A stretch of 63,475 bases of DNA, counting the filler, from Octopus bimaculoides (taxonomy: Eukaryota): the NCBI RefSeq assembly GCF_001194135.2. It is 4 parts of 3 records of this genome, joined end to end, with 100 filler letters (N's around TTAATTAATTAA, not from the genome) between each part and the next. Parts side by side here need not be neighbours in the genome. Positions count along the whole stretch, not along the records: positions 24,906 to 55,606 come from NC_068995.1; 3 more parts are not named here. One strand, written 5' to 3'. Under the pieces are notes generated by a model that did not search any database, was not told the origin of the DNA, and saw only the letters and a program-made list of their open reading frames with translations. The position numbers and the translations under genes are program-made. Below are positions 40,676 to 53,239 of this stretch, piece by piece. The stretch's first letter is position 1. Every line of letters begins with the position of its first letter.

Positions 40676-40834
40676 ATGCTGGCGAAGAGAAACCGGTGAG
40701 TTCAATGGAGTGTAACGTGGGAATATGTCTTGACCACGGTTCAGGGACAATCGATACAGACAACAGCTCCGACTATAGGACATACGTCTGGAAACTGACC
40801 GACTTCACATTCAGCAGCGACAACAACGTGGAAG
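40676..40834 (+). CDS. Internal exon (159 nt, phase 1-1) of an unidentified host gene; TSP1-repeat-like end, possibly ADAMTS/ADAMTS-like/papilin family
   Basis: Long poly-T tract + tgtAG acceptor and consensus AG|GTAAGT donor. Only one frame is open: (D)AGEEKPVSSMECNVGICLDHGSGTIDTDNSSDYRTYVWKLTDFTFSSDNNVE(G). KPxxxxxCNxxxC resembles the C-terminal motif of ADAMTS-type TSP1 repeats and YxWxxxxF resembles the start of the next repeat. The exon call is stronger than the product call. Confidence 0.65.
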
Positions 40835-41950
40835 GTAAGTAACGATGTCGATAATGACAAGAACAATGATGATGACGACGATGACGACGACGCTGACAAT
40901 GACGACGACGCTGACAATGATGACGTCGACAACAACAACAACAACAACCATAATATCAACAAAAAATATCAACAGCAACCATCGAAATAGCAACAAAACA
41001 ATAATTATTATCACAACATCGACAACAACCACAATAATGGTATCAAAAATGACTAAAAGATTAGTGGTATTGGTTTCTAATTTAGGGACAAGGTCAGTAA
41101 TTTTGAGTGATGGGGAGGGGTTAGACGATACCATGCTCCCAGTACATGACAGGTACTTCATTTCATTGAGCCCGGAGGAATGAAAAGCAGACTTAATCTC
41201 GGTGGGGTTTGAATTCAGAGCGTCAAGACTTGGATGAAATACCGCAAGGGGATCATACGATTCAGTCAAATCGCTGCCTTATAAGGACAATGATAATAAT
41301 AAGAAGTTGATTACATCGATCCCCCAGTGCTCAACTGGTACTTATTATATCGACCCTGAAAAGATAAAAGGCGAAGTCGACCACGGCGGAATTTGAGCTC
41401 AGAACATAAAGACGGACGAAATGTTGCGAAGCAATGACCACCACTGCAACCACCACCACTGTAACCACCACCACTGCCGCCGTTACCACTACCATCATCA
41501 TCATCATCAACAACGTCATCGTTCTCATCTTCGTCGTTATCGTAGTTTCCCTGGTATCTTACCAAAAAAAAAAAAAAGGAAGGATGTATATATTACATAA
41601 TGTTAGTCCTAAAGACAGCTTGAAATGTTCCCCTCCTTCAAATCATATTTGGAAATGAAAGGAGGGAGAAAGGCCACATTAGATAATATAGTCCTTGATA
41701 ATTTTAGGTCGTACGGAAGTAACGAGATGATCACGATCGACGTGCCTCTGACTACAGACCATCTCAGTGAACACTTACTATGGGCTAAAACAATAACAAG
41801 GACAACACCAACAACAAAAACAACAACAAATGAATCCATTTTATTTAAGAAGGCAGGTTGAAAGCTGACTCCATTGATTCCTGTGACCCGAAAATTATTG
41901 GTATTTTTTAAAGAAAATCTGTGCGAATTTAACCCACAACATCACCGTCA

Positions 41951-41983
<33 letters not shown>

Positions 41984-42083
41984 GTAGCATCAGCGGCAAA
42001 ACAGTTATTTGTATATACAGTTGTTTTCATAAATATATTCACGTAACGTAAACATTGCTGAGTATACTCTCTATCTCTCTCTC

Positions 42084-42128
<45 letters not shown>

Positions 42129-42299
42129 ACAACATATATACACACACACACACACACATATATATATAAACACTCTCACACAGGCACACACATACACACA
42201 CGTTTATATTTAAATGTGTGCAATAATCTTTAGAAAATACTGGTTTGCAGTACTAAACAGGCTATCATATTTAATAAACATACACCTACACAAATGCAC

Positions 42300-42344
<45 letters not shown>

Positions 42345-42355
42345 AACACATAAAT

Positions 42356-42402
<47 letters not shown>

Positions 42403-43120
42403 CGCATACATATGTACAGACATACACATATAATACTATAAGACTTAATAGATACGCAACACACATATAGGCACATACACACATACAGAGAAGCATGCAT
42501 ACGTAAATACTTATAAACATAGCAGCATGTATGTGTGTATAACCCCAAGACGGAGTGCTGGTTAATGAAGAAATGCTGTAAAGGCTATCATATTTAATTA
42601 ATTCATTAGTGACTGAAAAAAAGTTGTAAAAAAAAATGCCGTGACATGGAATGGTGTTGGCTACAAACATAACAGAATTTATGGCAGTAATTTGGTAATT
42701 ATATCTGACTTATAAAGTTGTGATAAAATAACAATAATAGCAAAGACGACTATGATGCCATCGCCACTACCATTACCACAACTACCTCCACTACCACCAC
42801 CAACAACAACAGCAATAGTAATAATAATAATAATAATAATAATGGTAATGGTATTAAATTTTGGCACAAGGCCAACAATTTCGGGGGAGTGGGTAAGTCG
42901 ATTACCAGTGCTCAACTGGTGCTTATTTAAACGACCTTGAAAGGGTGAAAGGCAAAGTCGTTCCTGGACAGAATTTGAACTCAAACTCAAGACGTAAAGA
43001 CAGAAGAAATGCTGTGAAGCATTTTTTCCGGTGCGATAATAATAATAATAATAATAATAACAACAACAGCAATAATATCATCAGCAACAACATCAACAAA
43101 CCACAACAACAACAGCTATT

Positions 43121-43560
43121 TAGAACAAGTCTAATCAAGGCAAAGATCGACAAAACTCAGTCAGACAGCAAATGTAGAATCTGTAGGAAAGAACACGAGA
43201 GTATCAATCACGTTTTGAAGGAATGTAGTATACTAGCACCAAAGGAGTACTAGCACAAAAGGAGTACATGATTGTGTAAGGCAAGAAATGCATTAAGATG
43301 TTAGCCGAGTATGTGGTTTCAAAACAACAGAAAAGTGGTGATAGGAAATGAGAATTAAAATATCTTGTGAGATTTCGCCATAAAGATTGACCATACTATT
43401 GAGGCAAGAAGACCAAACGTGAGTGTAGATGAGAAAATAAACGATGTTAGATCATAGATTTAGCAATTCCCTATGATAGCAGAGACTATACCAAAGAAAT
43501 AGAAAAAGTTGAGAAATACTAGGATCTGGCCGGAGAGCTGAGGAGACTGAGGAAACAACA
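43121..43560 (+). mobile_element. 5'-truncated RLE-type LINE fragment (R4/Dong-like)
   Basis: LFRTSLIKAKIDKTQSDSKCRICRKEHESINHVLKECSILAPKEY contains the CCHC knuckle. It is followed by degenerate HTIEARRP.....IDLAIPYD...KEIEKVEKY*DLAGEL, the restriction-like endonuclease motif. Confidence 0.8.
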
Positions 43561-43669
43561 AGTATTCCCGTGATAAGAGGTACACTTGGAACTCAGAACG
43601 TAAAGACGGACCAAATGCTGCTAAGCATTTGGTCCGGCATGCTGATGATTCTGCCAGCTCACCAATAAT

Positions 43670-43852
43670 AATACTTTCTACTATAGGCACAAGGCCTGAA
43701 ATTTGTGGGGAGGGGATAAGTCACTCATATCGACCCCTAAAAGATGAAAGGCAAAGTCGATCTCGGCGGAATTTGAACTCGGAACATAGCGACGGACGAA
43801 ATACCGCTAAGCACTTCGTCCAGGGTGCTAACGATTCTGCCAGCTCGCCGCC
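43670..43852 (-). mobile_element. Family D SINE
   Basis: Reverse-complement match followed by (AAT)n. Further minus-strand copies lie at about 3850-4150, 7800-8155, 36215-36420, 41065-41430, 42852-43035 and 43580-43660. Confidence 0.8.
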
Positions 43853-43895
<43 letters not shown>

Positions 43896-45200
43896 TAATT
43901 TATATTTCAAGGAGCGCTGCGAATGATTGGACTTTGCATGGACAACTAAGAATAACGGTGTGAGAAACGGAAATTTACAAACGAATACGAACAGACAGGT
44001 TTGAAATACAACAACGTTCAACTGTGTAATGAAATATAATGACTCCAGTAAGGGTGACGGTTACCTAGGGCCAACCGAGCAATAGACAGCTCCCTCTATC
44101 AGCCGCATGTACTCCTTTCCGTGGCACATATTCTAACACATGATTTTAGTAAATCTTCGACAAAGTGGTGGTGGTGTGGGGCGCAGCACTTTCCACATTT
44201 TCCTGAAATATTACTTGAGAAGTGTGGTGAAATACTGGCCGTAGAGGAAAGGGTTTGCTATTAATCTTTTCAAACTCATTACAACAGCTTATCAAACGAT
44301 TCGTTTGATAAACGAAACATTCCCTCGATTGTCACGAATCATTTCATTAATAGAATGTATTTGTATATGTGTTATTTGTGTGTCAGAGTTTGTGCTTGAG
44401 TGAATGATCACATCTGGATGTGTTTGCGTGTGTATATGTGTGTGTGTGTGTGTTTGTGTGTGCGCGAATGTGTGTGAGAATGCGTGAGCTAGTGTAAAAT
44501 AAAGGCATGCTAGTACAAGAGTGTGAATGTGTAAATGTGTGATTGTGTGTGTGCGCGTGTGCGTGCCGGTCTGTTTATTATCATTTGAAATATTTGAGTA
44601 ACACACCCCTTTCCAATCCCTCGATCTTGTCCCCACCCAATCCCAACAGACGAAAGGAAATTGAATTAGTAGCGTGTCGTATCGTTACGGGTACGTTGAC
44701 CACACCTCAACATTGTTTTCTATTTATACCCGGATTACAGAATGTATTACAAATTGCTGTGTTGTTTTGCTGTCCATTTAATTGTTATTGATGTTCGTGT
44801 TGGTGGTGTTGGTGACGATGTTATTGATGCGGCCGTCGTTATTTTTTTGCATCGTGAGAACTGGAATATGACTTATAACTAATCTATAGGCTTAATGTAA
44901 GCGTGTATATGTGTGCGTATATGTATATAAATGGATATATACGCTTATCTGTATAAATATATATATAAATATTTATGCACACACACACACATGTGTTTGT
45001 ATGTATGTATGTATGTATATACGTTAATATCGAATATTAGGAATGAGTGACCCGCACTGGTGAATAGACATTCTTTATTTCTGAGTTAACAAGGCTACCA
45101 ATCGTTTCATGTAGCAATCTCTCAACAATTATCAAGCTTCCACATAGGAACGTTGGTACTCGTCTCCATTTGGGATAATACATGTATCTATGTATGCGTG

Positions 45201-45231
<31 letters not shown>

Positions 45232-45266
45232 GTGCATTTATAAATATTCATACATACACAAACACG

Positions 45267-45342
<76 letters not shown>

Positions 45343-45367
45343 GACAGAGAGAGAGAGAGAGATAAAA

Positions 45368-45620
45368 AGAGTTGTGTCCTTGAGCAAGACACTTTATTTC
45401 ACATTGCTCCAGTCCACTCAGCTGACAAAAGTGAGTAGTACCTGTAATTCAAAGGGCCAGCCTTGTCTCACTCTGTGTCACGCTGAATCTCCCTGAGACC
45501 TACGTTAGGAATACACGTGTCTGTGGAATGCTCAGCCACTTGCACGTTAATTTCACGAGCAAGCTGTTCCGTTGATCGTATCAGCTGGGACCCTCGTCGT
45601 CGTAACTGACGGAGCGCTCC
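45368..45620 (+). mobile_element. Family B SINE (CORE/V-like central domain) sharing the family A 3' tail
   Basis: gtgtccttgagcaagacactt...ctccagtccactcagctg followed by the family A tail cctgtaattcaaaggg...gacggag. Confidence 0.75.
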
Positions 45621-46599
45621 TTCTATACATATATATGTGTATATATTTGTATGTGAGTGTGTATATATATGTGTGTGTGTGTATGTGTATGTGAATGTGT
45701 ATATATGTGTGCGTAACTGTGTGTGAGTATGCGTATGTTATGCGTGGGTCTGCGTGCGTGCATCCTTGTCTTTTGTCTACACCGTTTGGCAACCGATGCC
45801 GACTGATTTGTTAAGGACCCTATACATTAACGGTTCTTCAAAATCGGGACCAACAGAATGAGCAACGCAAGACATAAGATGCGTTTGTAGGGTCAATTTG
45901 TTCGTCTATCGCCTAAACNNNNNNNNNNNNNNNNNNNNNNNNNNNNNNNNNNNNNNNNNNNNNNNNNNNNNNNNNNNNNNNNNNNNNNNNNNNNNNNNNN
46001 NNNNNNNNNNNNNNNNNNNNNNNNNNNNNNNNNNNNNNNNNNNNNNNNNNNNNNNNNNNNNNNNNNNNNNNNNNNNNNNNNNNNNNNNNNNNNNNNNNNN
46101 NNNNNNNNNNNNNNNNNNNNNNNNNNNNNNNNNNNNNNNNNNNNNNNNNNNNNNNNNNNNNNNNNNNNNNNNNNNNNNNNNNNNNNNNNNNNNNNNNNNN
46201 NNNNNNNNNNNNNNNNNNNNNNNNNNNNNNNNNNNNNNNNNNNNNNNNNNNNNNNNNNNNNNNNNNNNNNNNNNNNNNNNNNNNNNNNNNNNNNNNNNNN
46301 NNNNNNNNNNNNNNNNNNNNNNNNNNNNNNNNNNNNNNNNNNNNNNNNNNNNNNNNNNNNNNNNNNNNNNNNNNNNNNNNNNNNNNNNNNNNNNNNNNNN
46401 NNNNNNNNNNNNNNNNNNNNNNNNNNNNNNNNNNNNNNNNNNNNNNNNNCCCATCCCTGATGTGCCACGCATTATTTATATATATATTTTTTATTTTCTT
46501 TATTGCTTTTTTTTTTTAGTTCTAGTGTTTGCATTCCTCTCAGCTTTATTTATACTTTCTTTTCCTTTTTTTATTTTGATCATGTTATCTTATTATTAC

Positions 46600-46632
<33 letters not shown>

Positions 46633-46660
46633 CATCATCATCATCATCATCATTATTATT

Positions 46661-46873
46661 AAGGCGGTGAGCTGGCAGAATCGTTAGCATGCTGTGCAAA
46701 ATGCTTAGCGGTATTTCGTCCGACTTTGCGTTCTGAGTTCAAATGCCAACAGGGTCGACTTTGCCTTTCATCGTTTCGGGGTCGATAAATTAAGTACCGG
46801 TGGAGTACTGGAGTAGATGTAATCAACTATCCTCCTCCCCAAAATTTCAGGCCTTGTGCCTATAGTAGAAAGG
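46661..46873 (+). mobile_element. Family D SINE (central domain gtcgactttgcctttcatc...gtaccag, Meta/Sauria-SINE-like)
   Basis: aaggcggtgagctggcagaatcg head, gttctgagttcaaat B-box-like motif, (ATT)n on both sides. More than 20 copies or fragments occur in the window. Confidence 0.8.
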
Positions 46874-46906
<33 letters not shown>

Positions 46907-46908
<2 letters not shown>

Positions 46909-47106
46909 GACTGCGAGCTGGCAGAATCGTTTGCGCACCGGACGAAATGCTCAACAGTATTTCGCCTGTCGCTACGTTCTGCGTTCAAATTCCGCCGAGA
47001 TCGACTTTGCTTCTCATCTTTTCGGGGTCGATTAAATAAGTACCAGTGAAACACTGGGGTCGATATAATAGGCTTAATCCCTTCCTCCAAATTTTAGTCC
47101 TTGTGA
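46907..47106 (+). mobile_element. Family D SINE, second member of a head-to-tail pair
   Basis: Separated from the previous copy only by (ATT)n. Confidence 0.8.
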
Positions 47107-47644
47107 TTATTATTATTAGTATTTTCTCTTTTCCTACTTCATCTTGTTCTTGGTGTGCAAATATTAGTATTGCCTGGCTATTATTGTTGTTGTTTTTTTT
47201 GTAGTACTAGAAGTAGTAATAGTAGTGGTGGTAGTTGTTGTTGTTCAGCCCCCAGTCAAACTTCATCAAGTAGCCCTTTCATCATAAGACACTCCAGCCA
47301 TGACCATTGTATCATATTTCGTTTTGCTTTTCACAGATGCGGTATATATTTCAATAACTTATAATCTTGCCTTTTCTCTGTTTCACTTATAGAAGACGAT
47401 TATTTTCAAATTTTCTACACTGATGTGGTTTTGTCTGCAAACTTCGAAAATTATTTTCCTATTTTGGACACATTCATAATAAACCTTTAACGATTGAATT
47501 TTCTTTTGTAATTGTAGCCAATCAGAATCTCCCATTGTTGACAAATTAGAATTCGCAATTATTACATGCAGGCCGAGTATTCCATGTGTTTTTAATTTTT
47601 TTTAATAAAAGAAAAAAAACAAACATTAAGATTAAGGTTTATTT

Positions 47645-47960
47645 TTAGGTTCAGGGCTTAAGGTTAAGGTTAGGGTTTTGTGTTATGATTTATAATTCGG
47701 GGTTAGGGGTTAGGTTTAGACTGTAGGTTAGCGTTTGGGGTCAGCATTTAGATTTAGTCTTTAGGTTAAGGTTTAGGCTAAAGATTAGATTTTAGAATTG
47801 GAGGTTAGGGTTTAGGGTTAGGGTTTAGGTTAGGGTTAGGGTTATGGTAAGGGTTTAGGGTTAGGGAGTTAGGATTAGTGTTTAGGGTCAGGGTTTAGGC
47901 TTAGCTTTTAGTGTAAGGTTTAAAGTTAACGTTAGAATTTAGGATTAAGGTTTGTAGGGT
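47645..47960 (+). repeat. Degenerate (TTAGGG)n telomere-like interstitial repeat
   Basis: Dense ttaggg/tttagg/ttaagg variants, with a near-perfect core at about 47805-47870. Confidence 0.8.
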
Positions 47961-48847
47961 ATCGCAAACTTACATTGCATTTTCTTCCTTAAAGATCTTG
48001 AATCATTTTTGTTATTAATTTCTCAAAAAACAAGTTGTGACTTCCTTACCCAATGATCGAAAATAAAAAATAAAACAACGAAAAAACATGGTTATAAACT
48101 TGATACGGCGTTGTAGAGAATGGCTGGGTCCGATGGGCTAAAATTACCAAAAATAAATTTATATATAAATGATGCCACGCTGCTGGCTAGGCGAGCAGGC
48201 AAACGTTCACCCTGAACGGAATGCCAGTTCGTCGTAGTATTATATTTATGAAAAAGCAAAAAGGAAAGCCTTTAGGTGGTACCGCAATCAAAAGATATAT
48301 TTGAGCTAATTACCCTCAACCGGGGCTACCGACCGTTTTAGGATAGACATAGACACTGTGACTACTCATTTCACTAACCCCACATCGACAAGAGCAGTCA
48401 AAAGCAGTAGAAACTTTTGGCGTGGTCATCAGACCCGCTAGAAATGGCAGTCGACTTCTTTCCTATCGCACTTTATCCTTTAAAAATAAAAATAATGGCC
48501 CCCTGTCTTAAATACAAAAATAGATGCGATGTTCGCATCTGGAACGCTAGAGCCGACCTGGGACTGAATAACGAAAGCAAAAAATGCAACCACATATCAC
48601 CATGCTCCACCACACATTACTATGAGCCATCTCAAAAGTATAAAAAGAAAAGAAAGGAAAATGTAGGGCATTATATGAAAATGAATGGGAAAAACAAACA
48701 AGGCAACATGGCGTTTGTTGGAATTCGTCTGCTGGCTGAAGTAATATGGCGATATATAGACATCTGACGGTATTAAGTTACATAAGACTCGTCCCACCGA
48801 CATTGCTACATTGTTCATTCTTACTTCCCACCCCACTCCCTATCTTT

Positions 48848-48887
<40 letters not shown>

Positions 48888-49306
48888 ACAAGCCATGAAG
48901 TCTCAGTGCTGCGACAAAGTTCTATTACCTACCCTCAATCTACCCAGCTTCATTCTATCCCCACCTCTTTCTAATCCACTTCACTTCCCTTCATCTTTCT
49001 AAAACTCAGACTCCCGCTCCATCGCTGCTTTACTTTTCTATTTCACTCCTCCTCTCCCTCTCACCCCTCTCTCCCTCTTTTTTCTTTTTCTCTCCCATCT
49101 TCCTTACTCCGTCTCTCTCCTGCTATCCATCTCTCTCCTGCTATCCATCTCTCTCCTGCTATCCATCTCTCTCTCTCTCTCTCTCTCTCACATTTCTTTT
49201 AAAAATCTGTCCCATTCTTTTCATGTTTTCTTAAGATTTCCAGAGGAAATGCTTTCTACGCTAGGAATGTTGCTTTAAATAACATATATTTGTACGTAAC
49301 GTGTGC

Positions 49307-49345
<39 letters not shown>

Positions 49346-49409
49346 GCATGTATGTATGTCATACACGCCCGCGCGCACACGCACACACATATATGTATTT
49401 ACGTATGAG

Positions 49410-49457
<48 letters not shown>

Positions 49458-50975
49458 TACAGATATAGATATGTATATCTTTGTGTGACTGTCCGTATAT
49501 AGTATATATATTTGTGTAAAAAATATATAAATATATATATACTAGCACATATATATATATACAAACTCATATACATACGTACATAAACAGAAACTGTGCG
49601 AAGGGGAATAACTGAAGCGGATCATATGCTTAAATTCAAATAGATGTTTATACACACACGCAATATGTAAAAACACGCATGTGTGCGTGCGTATGTGTAT
49701 GTGTGTGCGCGTGCGTGTGCATCAATATATATATATATATATAAACAATATATGAGTATATGCATATATATGTACATGTATGTATATACGTTCATCTACA
49801 TGTACATATAGATACATAACTGGGTACGTGACGTGGCAAAAGAACGAGGACAAAATGGTAAACAAGGTGCAACAAACAAGCAGGCCATNNNNNNNNNNNN
49901 NNNNNNNNNNNNNNNNNNNNNNNNNNNNNNNNNNNNNNNNNNNNNNNNNNNNNNNNNNNNNNNNNNNNNNNNNNNNNNNNNNNNNNNNNNNNNNNNNNNN
50001 NNNNNNNNNNNNNNNNNNNNNNNNNNNNNNNNNNNNNNNNNNNNNNNNNNNNNNNNNNNNNNNNNNNNNNNNNNNNNNNNNNNNNNNNNNNNNNNNNNNN
50101 NNNNNNNNNNNNNNNNNNNNNNNNNNNNNNNNNNNNNNNNNNNNNNNNNNNNNNNNNNNNNNNNNNNNNNNNNNNNNNNNNNNNNNNNNNNNNNNNNNNN
50201 NNNNNNNNNNNNNNNNNNNNNNNNNNNNNNNNNNNNNNNNNNNNNNNNNNNNNNNNNNNNNNNNNNNNNNNNNNNNNNNNNNNNNNNNNNNNNNNNNNNN
50301 NNNNNNNNNNNNNNNNNNNNNNNNNNNNNNNNNNNNNNNNNNNNNNNNNNNNNNNNNNNNNNNNNNNNNNNNNNNNNNNNNNNNNNNNNNNNNNNNNNNN
50401 NNNNNNNNNNNNNNNNNNNNNNNNNNNNNNNNNNNNNNNNNNNNNNNNNNNNNNNNNNNNNNNNNNNNNNNNNNNNNNNNNNNNNNNNNNNNNNNNNNNN
50501 NNNCATCAATATATATATATATATATAAACAATATATGAGTATATGCATATATATGTACATGTATGTATATACGTTCATCTACATGTACATATAGATACA
50601 TAACTGGGTACGTGACGTGGCAAAAGAACGAGGACAAAATGGTAAACAAGGTGCAACAAACAAGCAGGCCATGAATGGCAGTTTGACCCAGTTGAGTCAA
50701 GGTGTTGTCAAAATTATATTTTTCTCCTACAATATGTTTTGCGTGCTACTTTCGTTTGTCCACTTATTCGTATATATCATCGGCGGCTTTATCTTGTATC
50801 CGAGAATATACAACCGAGTGAACAAATATATATAGTTAATATTTTCCTTTAAGGTACATTTGAAGAACCGGTCCGTTTTATCTGCGTTGAATATTTTCCT
50901 ATCGAGATATTACTAATGTCTGTTCGTCTTCTCTCAAATGTTCGCCAATTACACAGACATTCCGTCTTTCCGTTC

Positions 50976-51212
50976 ATCAAGACTGTCCCTCACTCTCCCT
51001 ACAGTCTAGGCTTTGCTCCCTTTAACTTTTGATTGTTCTCCAAATTGAAGGAGAACCTCGGGAGCAGCCGTCTTGAAGACACTGAGCTGTAGAAGCCGTG
51101 ACAAGAGTCCTGGACGACTTCACTATGGCGGATTCCCGTGGTGCGTTCACGAAATGATTGGAACGCTACAACGAATGCATCGAAGTCAGGGGATCCTACT
51201 TTAAAGCAGATT
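50976..51212 (+). mobile_element. mariner (DD34D) transposase C-terminal remnant
   Basis: IKTVPHSPYSLGFAPFNF*LFSKLKENLGSSRLED...AVTRVLDDFTMADSRGAFTK*LERYNECIEVRGSYFKAD is a degenerate HPPYSPDLAPxDF.LFxxLK...WxxCIxxxGxYFE. Confidence 0.85.
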
Positions 51213-51449
51213 ACATACATACATAGGATAGGCCCTTTTTTCAGTTTCCGTCAATCCATTCCACTCATAAGGGTCTGGTCGGCCTGTGGCTGTTGTAGAA
51301 TACATTTGCTCAAGGTAGGTAAATGAAATGAACCCGAAACCATGTGGTTGGGAAGCAAGCATCTTACCACAAAGCCATTCTTGCGCCAACACTTTCTATT
51401 TTACCAATTTTTCTAATAATTCTTTTTACTGATATTTCATTCACTCACA

Positions 51450-51830
51450 GGAGGCGCAATGGCCCAGTGGTTAGGGCATCGGACTCGCGGTCATAGGATC
51501 GCAGTTTCGATTCCCAGACCGGGCGTTGTGAGTGTTTATTGAGCGAAAACACCTAAAACTCCACGAGGCTCCGGCAGGGGATGGTGGCGAACCCTGCTGT
51601 ACTCTTTCGCCACAACTTTCTCTCACACTTTCTTCCTGTTTCTGTTGTGCCTGTAATTCAAAGGGTCAGCCTTGTCACACTGTGTCACGTTGAATATTCC
51701 CGAGAACTACTTTAAGGGTGCACGTGTCTGTGGAGTGCTCAGCCACTTGCACGTTAATTTCACGAGCAGGCTGTTCCGTTGATCGGATCAACTGGAACCC
51801 TCGACGTCGTAAGCGACGGAGTGCCAACAA
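51450..51830 (+). mobile_element. Full-length family A SINE
   Basis: Same head, body and tail as the 19168 copy. 12-bp TSD cattcactcaca/cattcacccaca. Confidence 0.9.
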
Positions 51831-52373
51831 CATTCACCCACAAGTCTCGCCATATTTTTCTTTCATTTCCATTTTCCTGTCGCCTCATTTATATTTTTTT
51901 ACAGTCAACAACTTGTCATTAAGAGTTAACATATTTTTTTTTCTCCTTAACACCAGAACTTTTCTTGTCGGTCTTTTTTCTTTGATCTCTAGTTATTGAG
52001 GTTAGTTACATCAGGGTATTGTATATCGGTGGAATAGAGCAACATAATTCATACCAGGAAACACAACACGTACAATGACACCGCATTTATCAACACATAA
52101 TAAGTGGCTAATTTGACGTCTGAGAACACACTAGATCAATTTTCCACAAGGCGTGTTGAAATAGTATCGCACTAATCGAAGTTAGGTGACGCATTTTTCG
52201 AGATCTAGAAACATTTTACGTATAAACTCTGCTGATTCGAGAGCTGTGCCATGTTCATTTGATGTTGAGTTAATCTGAGCATGCCAAGTGCTTGTGTGTG
52301 TGTGTGTGTGTGACCGCGTGTGCATCGTTGGCGATTTTCTTTCTCTGTCTTCCCTTCTTTGGACTTTTCCTAT

Positions 52374-52408
52374 ATTTCTGACGAAGAGCTCCGCTCGAAA
52401 CGTTAAAT
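52374..52408 (+). ncRNA. Minimal type I hammerhead ribozyme variant (Penelope-type)
   Basis: ATTT-CTGACGA-A-GAGC-tcc-GCTC-GAAA-CGT-T-AAAT: stem I 4 bp, stem II 4 bp, palindromic stem III ACGT, GUU cleavage triplet, extra A after A9. Confidence 0.6.
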
Positions 52409-53129
52409 CCTCTTTCTTTTCTTTCCTTTCCTGAGCGTCCAATAACACTGTACTTATTCCACGTCCTCGCGTTGTTTTTTCGTGTTTTTTCTTGCTTTTT
52501 CATATTTAAATTNNNNNNNNNNNNNNNNNNNNNNNNNNNNNNNNNNNNNNNNNNNNNNNNNNNNNNNNNNNNNNNNNNNNNNNNNNNNNNNNNNNNNNNN
52601 NNNNNNNNNNNNNNNNNNNNNNNNNNNNNNNNNNNNNNNNNNNNNNNNNNNNNNNNNNNNNNNNNNNNNNNNNNNNNNNNNNNNNNNNNNNNNNNNNNNN
52701 NNNNNNNNNNNNNNNNNNNNNNNNNNNNNNNNNNNNNNNNNNNNNNNNNNNNNNNNNNNNNNNNNNNNNNNNNNNNNNNNNNNNNNNNNNNNNNNNNNNN
52801 TTGCACTCACGATCTGGCGATCGTGGGTTCTATTCCCGGACTGGACGGCGTGTTGTGTTCTTGAGCAAAATACTGCATTCCACGTTGCTCTAGTGCTTTG
52901 TAGGGACCAGCATATCAAAGAATTAACCCAACATTTCTTATGCATGTCGTAAAAGGCAACTAAAAAAGATTGAGGTAGGATTTGCACTCCGACCTCATAA
53001 AACCCTCACAAGCAACGACTACCCCAAAACAGACCCATGGGTTGGCGGGTTGTCGCCTGAGGGTCAAAAGTAAGGAATCACCAACAAATGGTGTATGCGA
53101 CGAGGTTCTGTTGCGGCGCATGCGTGCGA

Positions 53130-53162
<33 letters not shown>

Positions 53163-53239
53163 CATCACCACCACCACCACCGCCATCATTATTTCGATTT
53201 TCTCAGTCTTTTTAGATGAAGAAAATGTTTTTTCTTCGC

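Noticed and set aside
49720-50672. 169-bp direct repeat on both sides of a gap (49720-49888 = 50504-50672); similar 30-bp case at 18133-18202
   Set aside because: 100% identical and abutting the gap: unmerged contig overlap, not a biological duplication.
51450-51525. tRNA-Arg(TCG)-like sequence (several copies)
   Set aside because: No acceptor-stem closure; it continues into a SINE body with tail and TSD, so it is a SINE head, not a tRNA gene.
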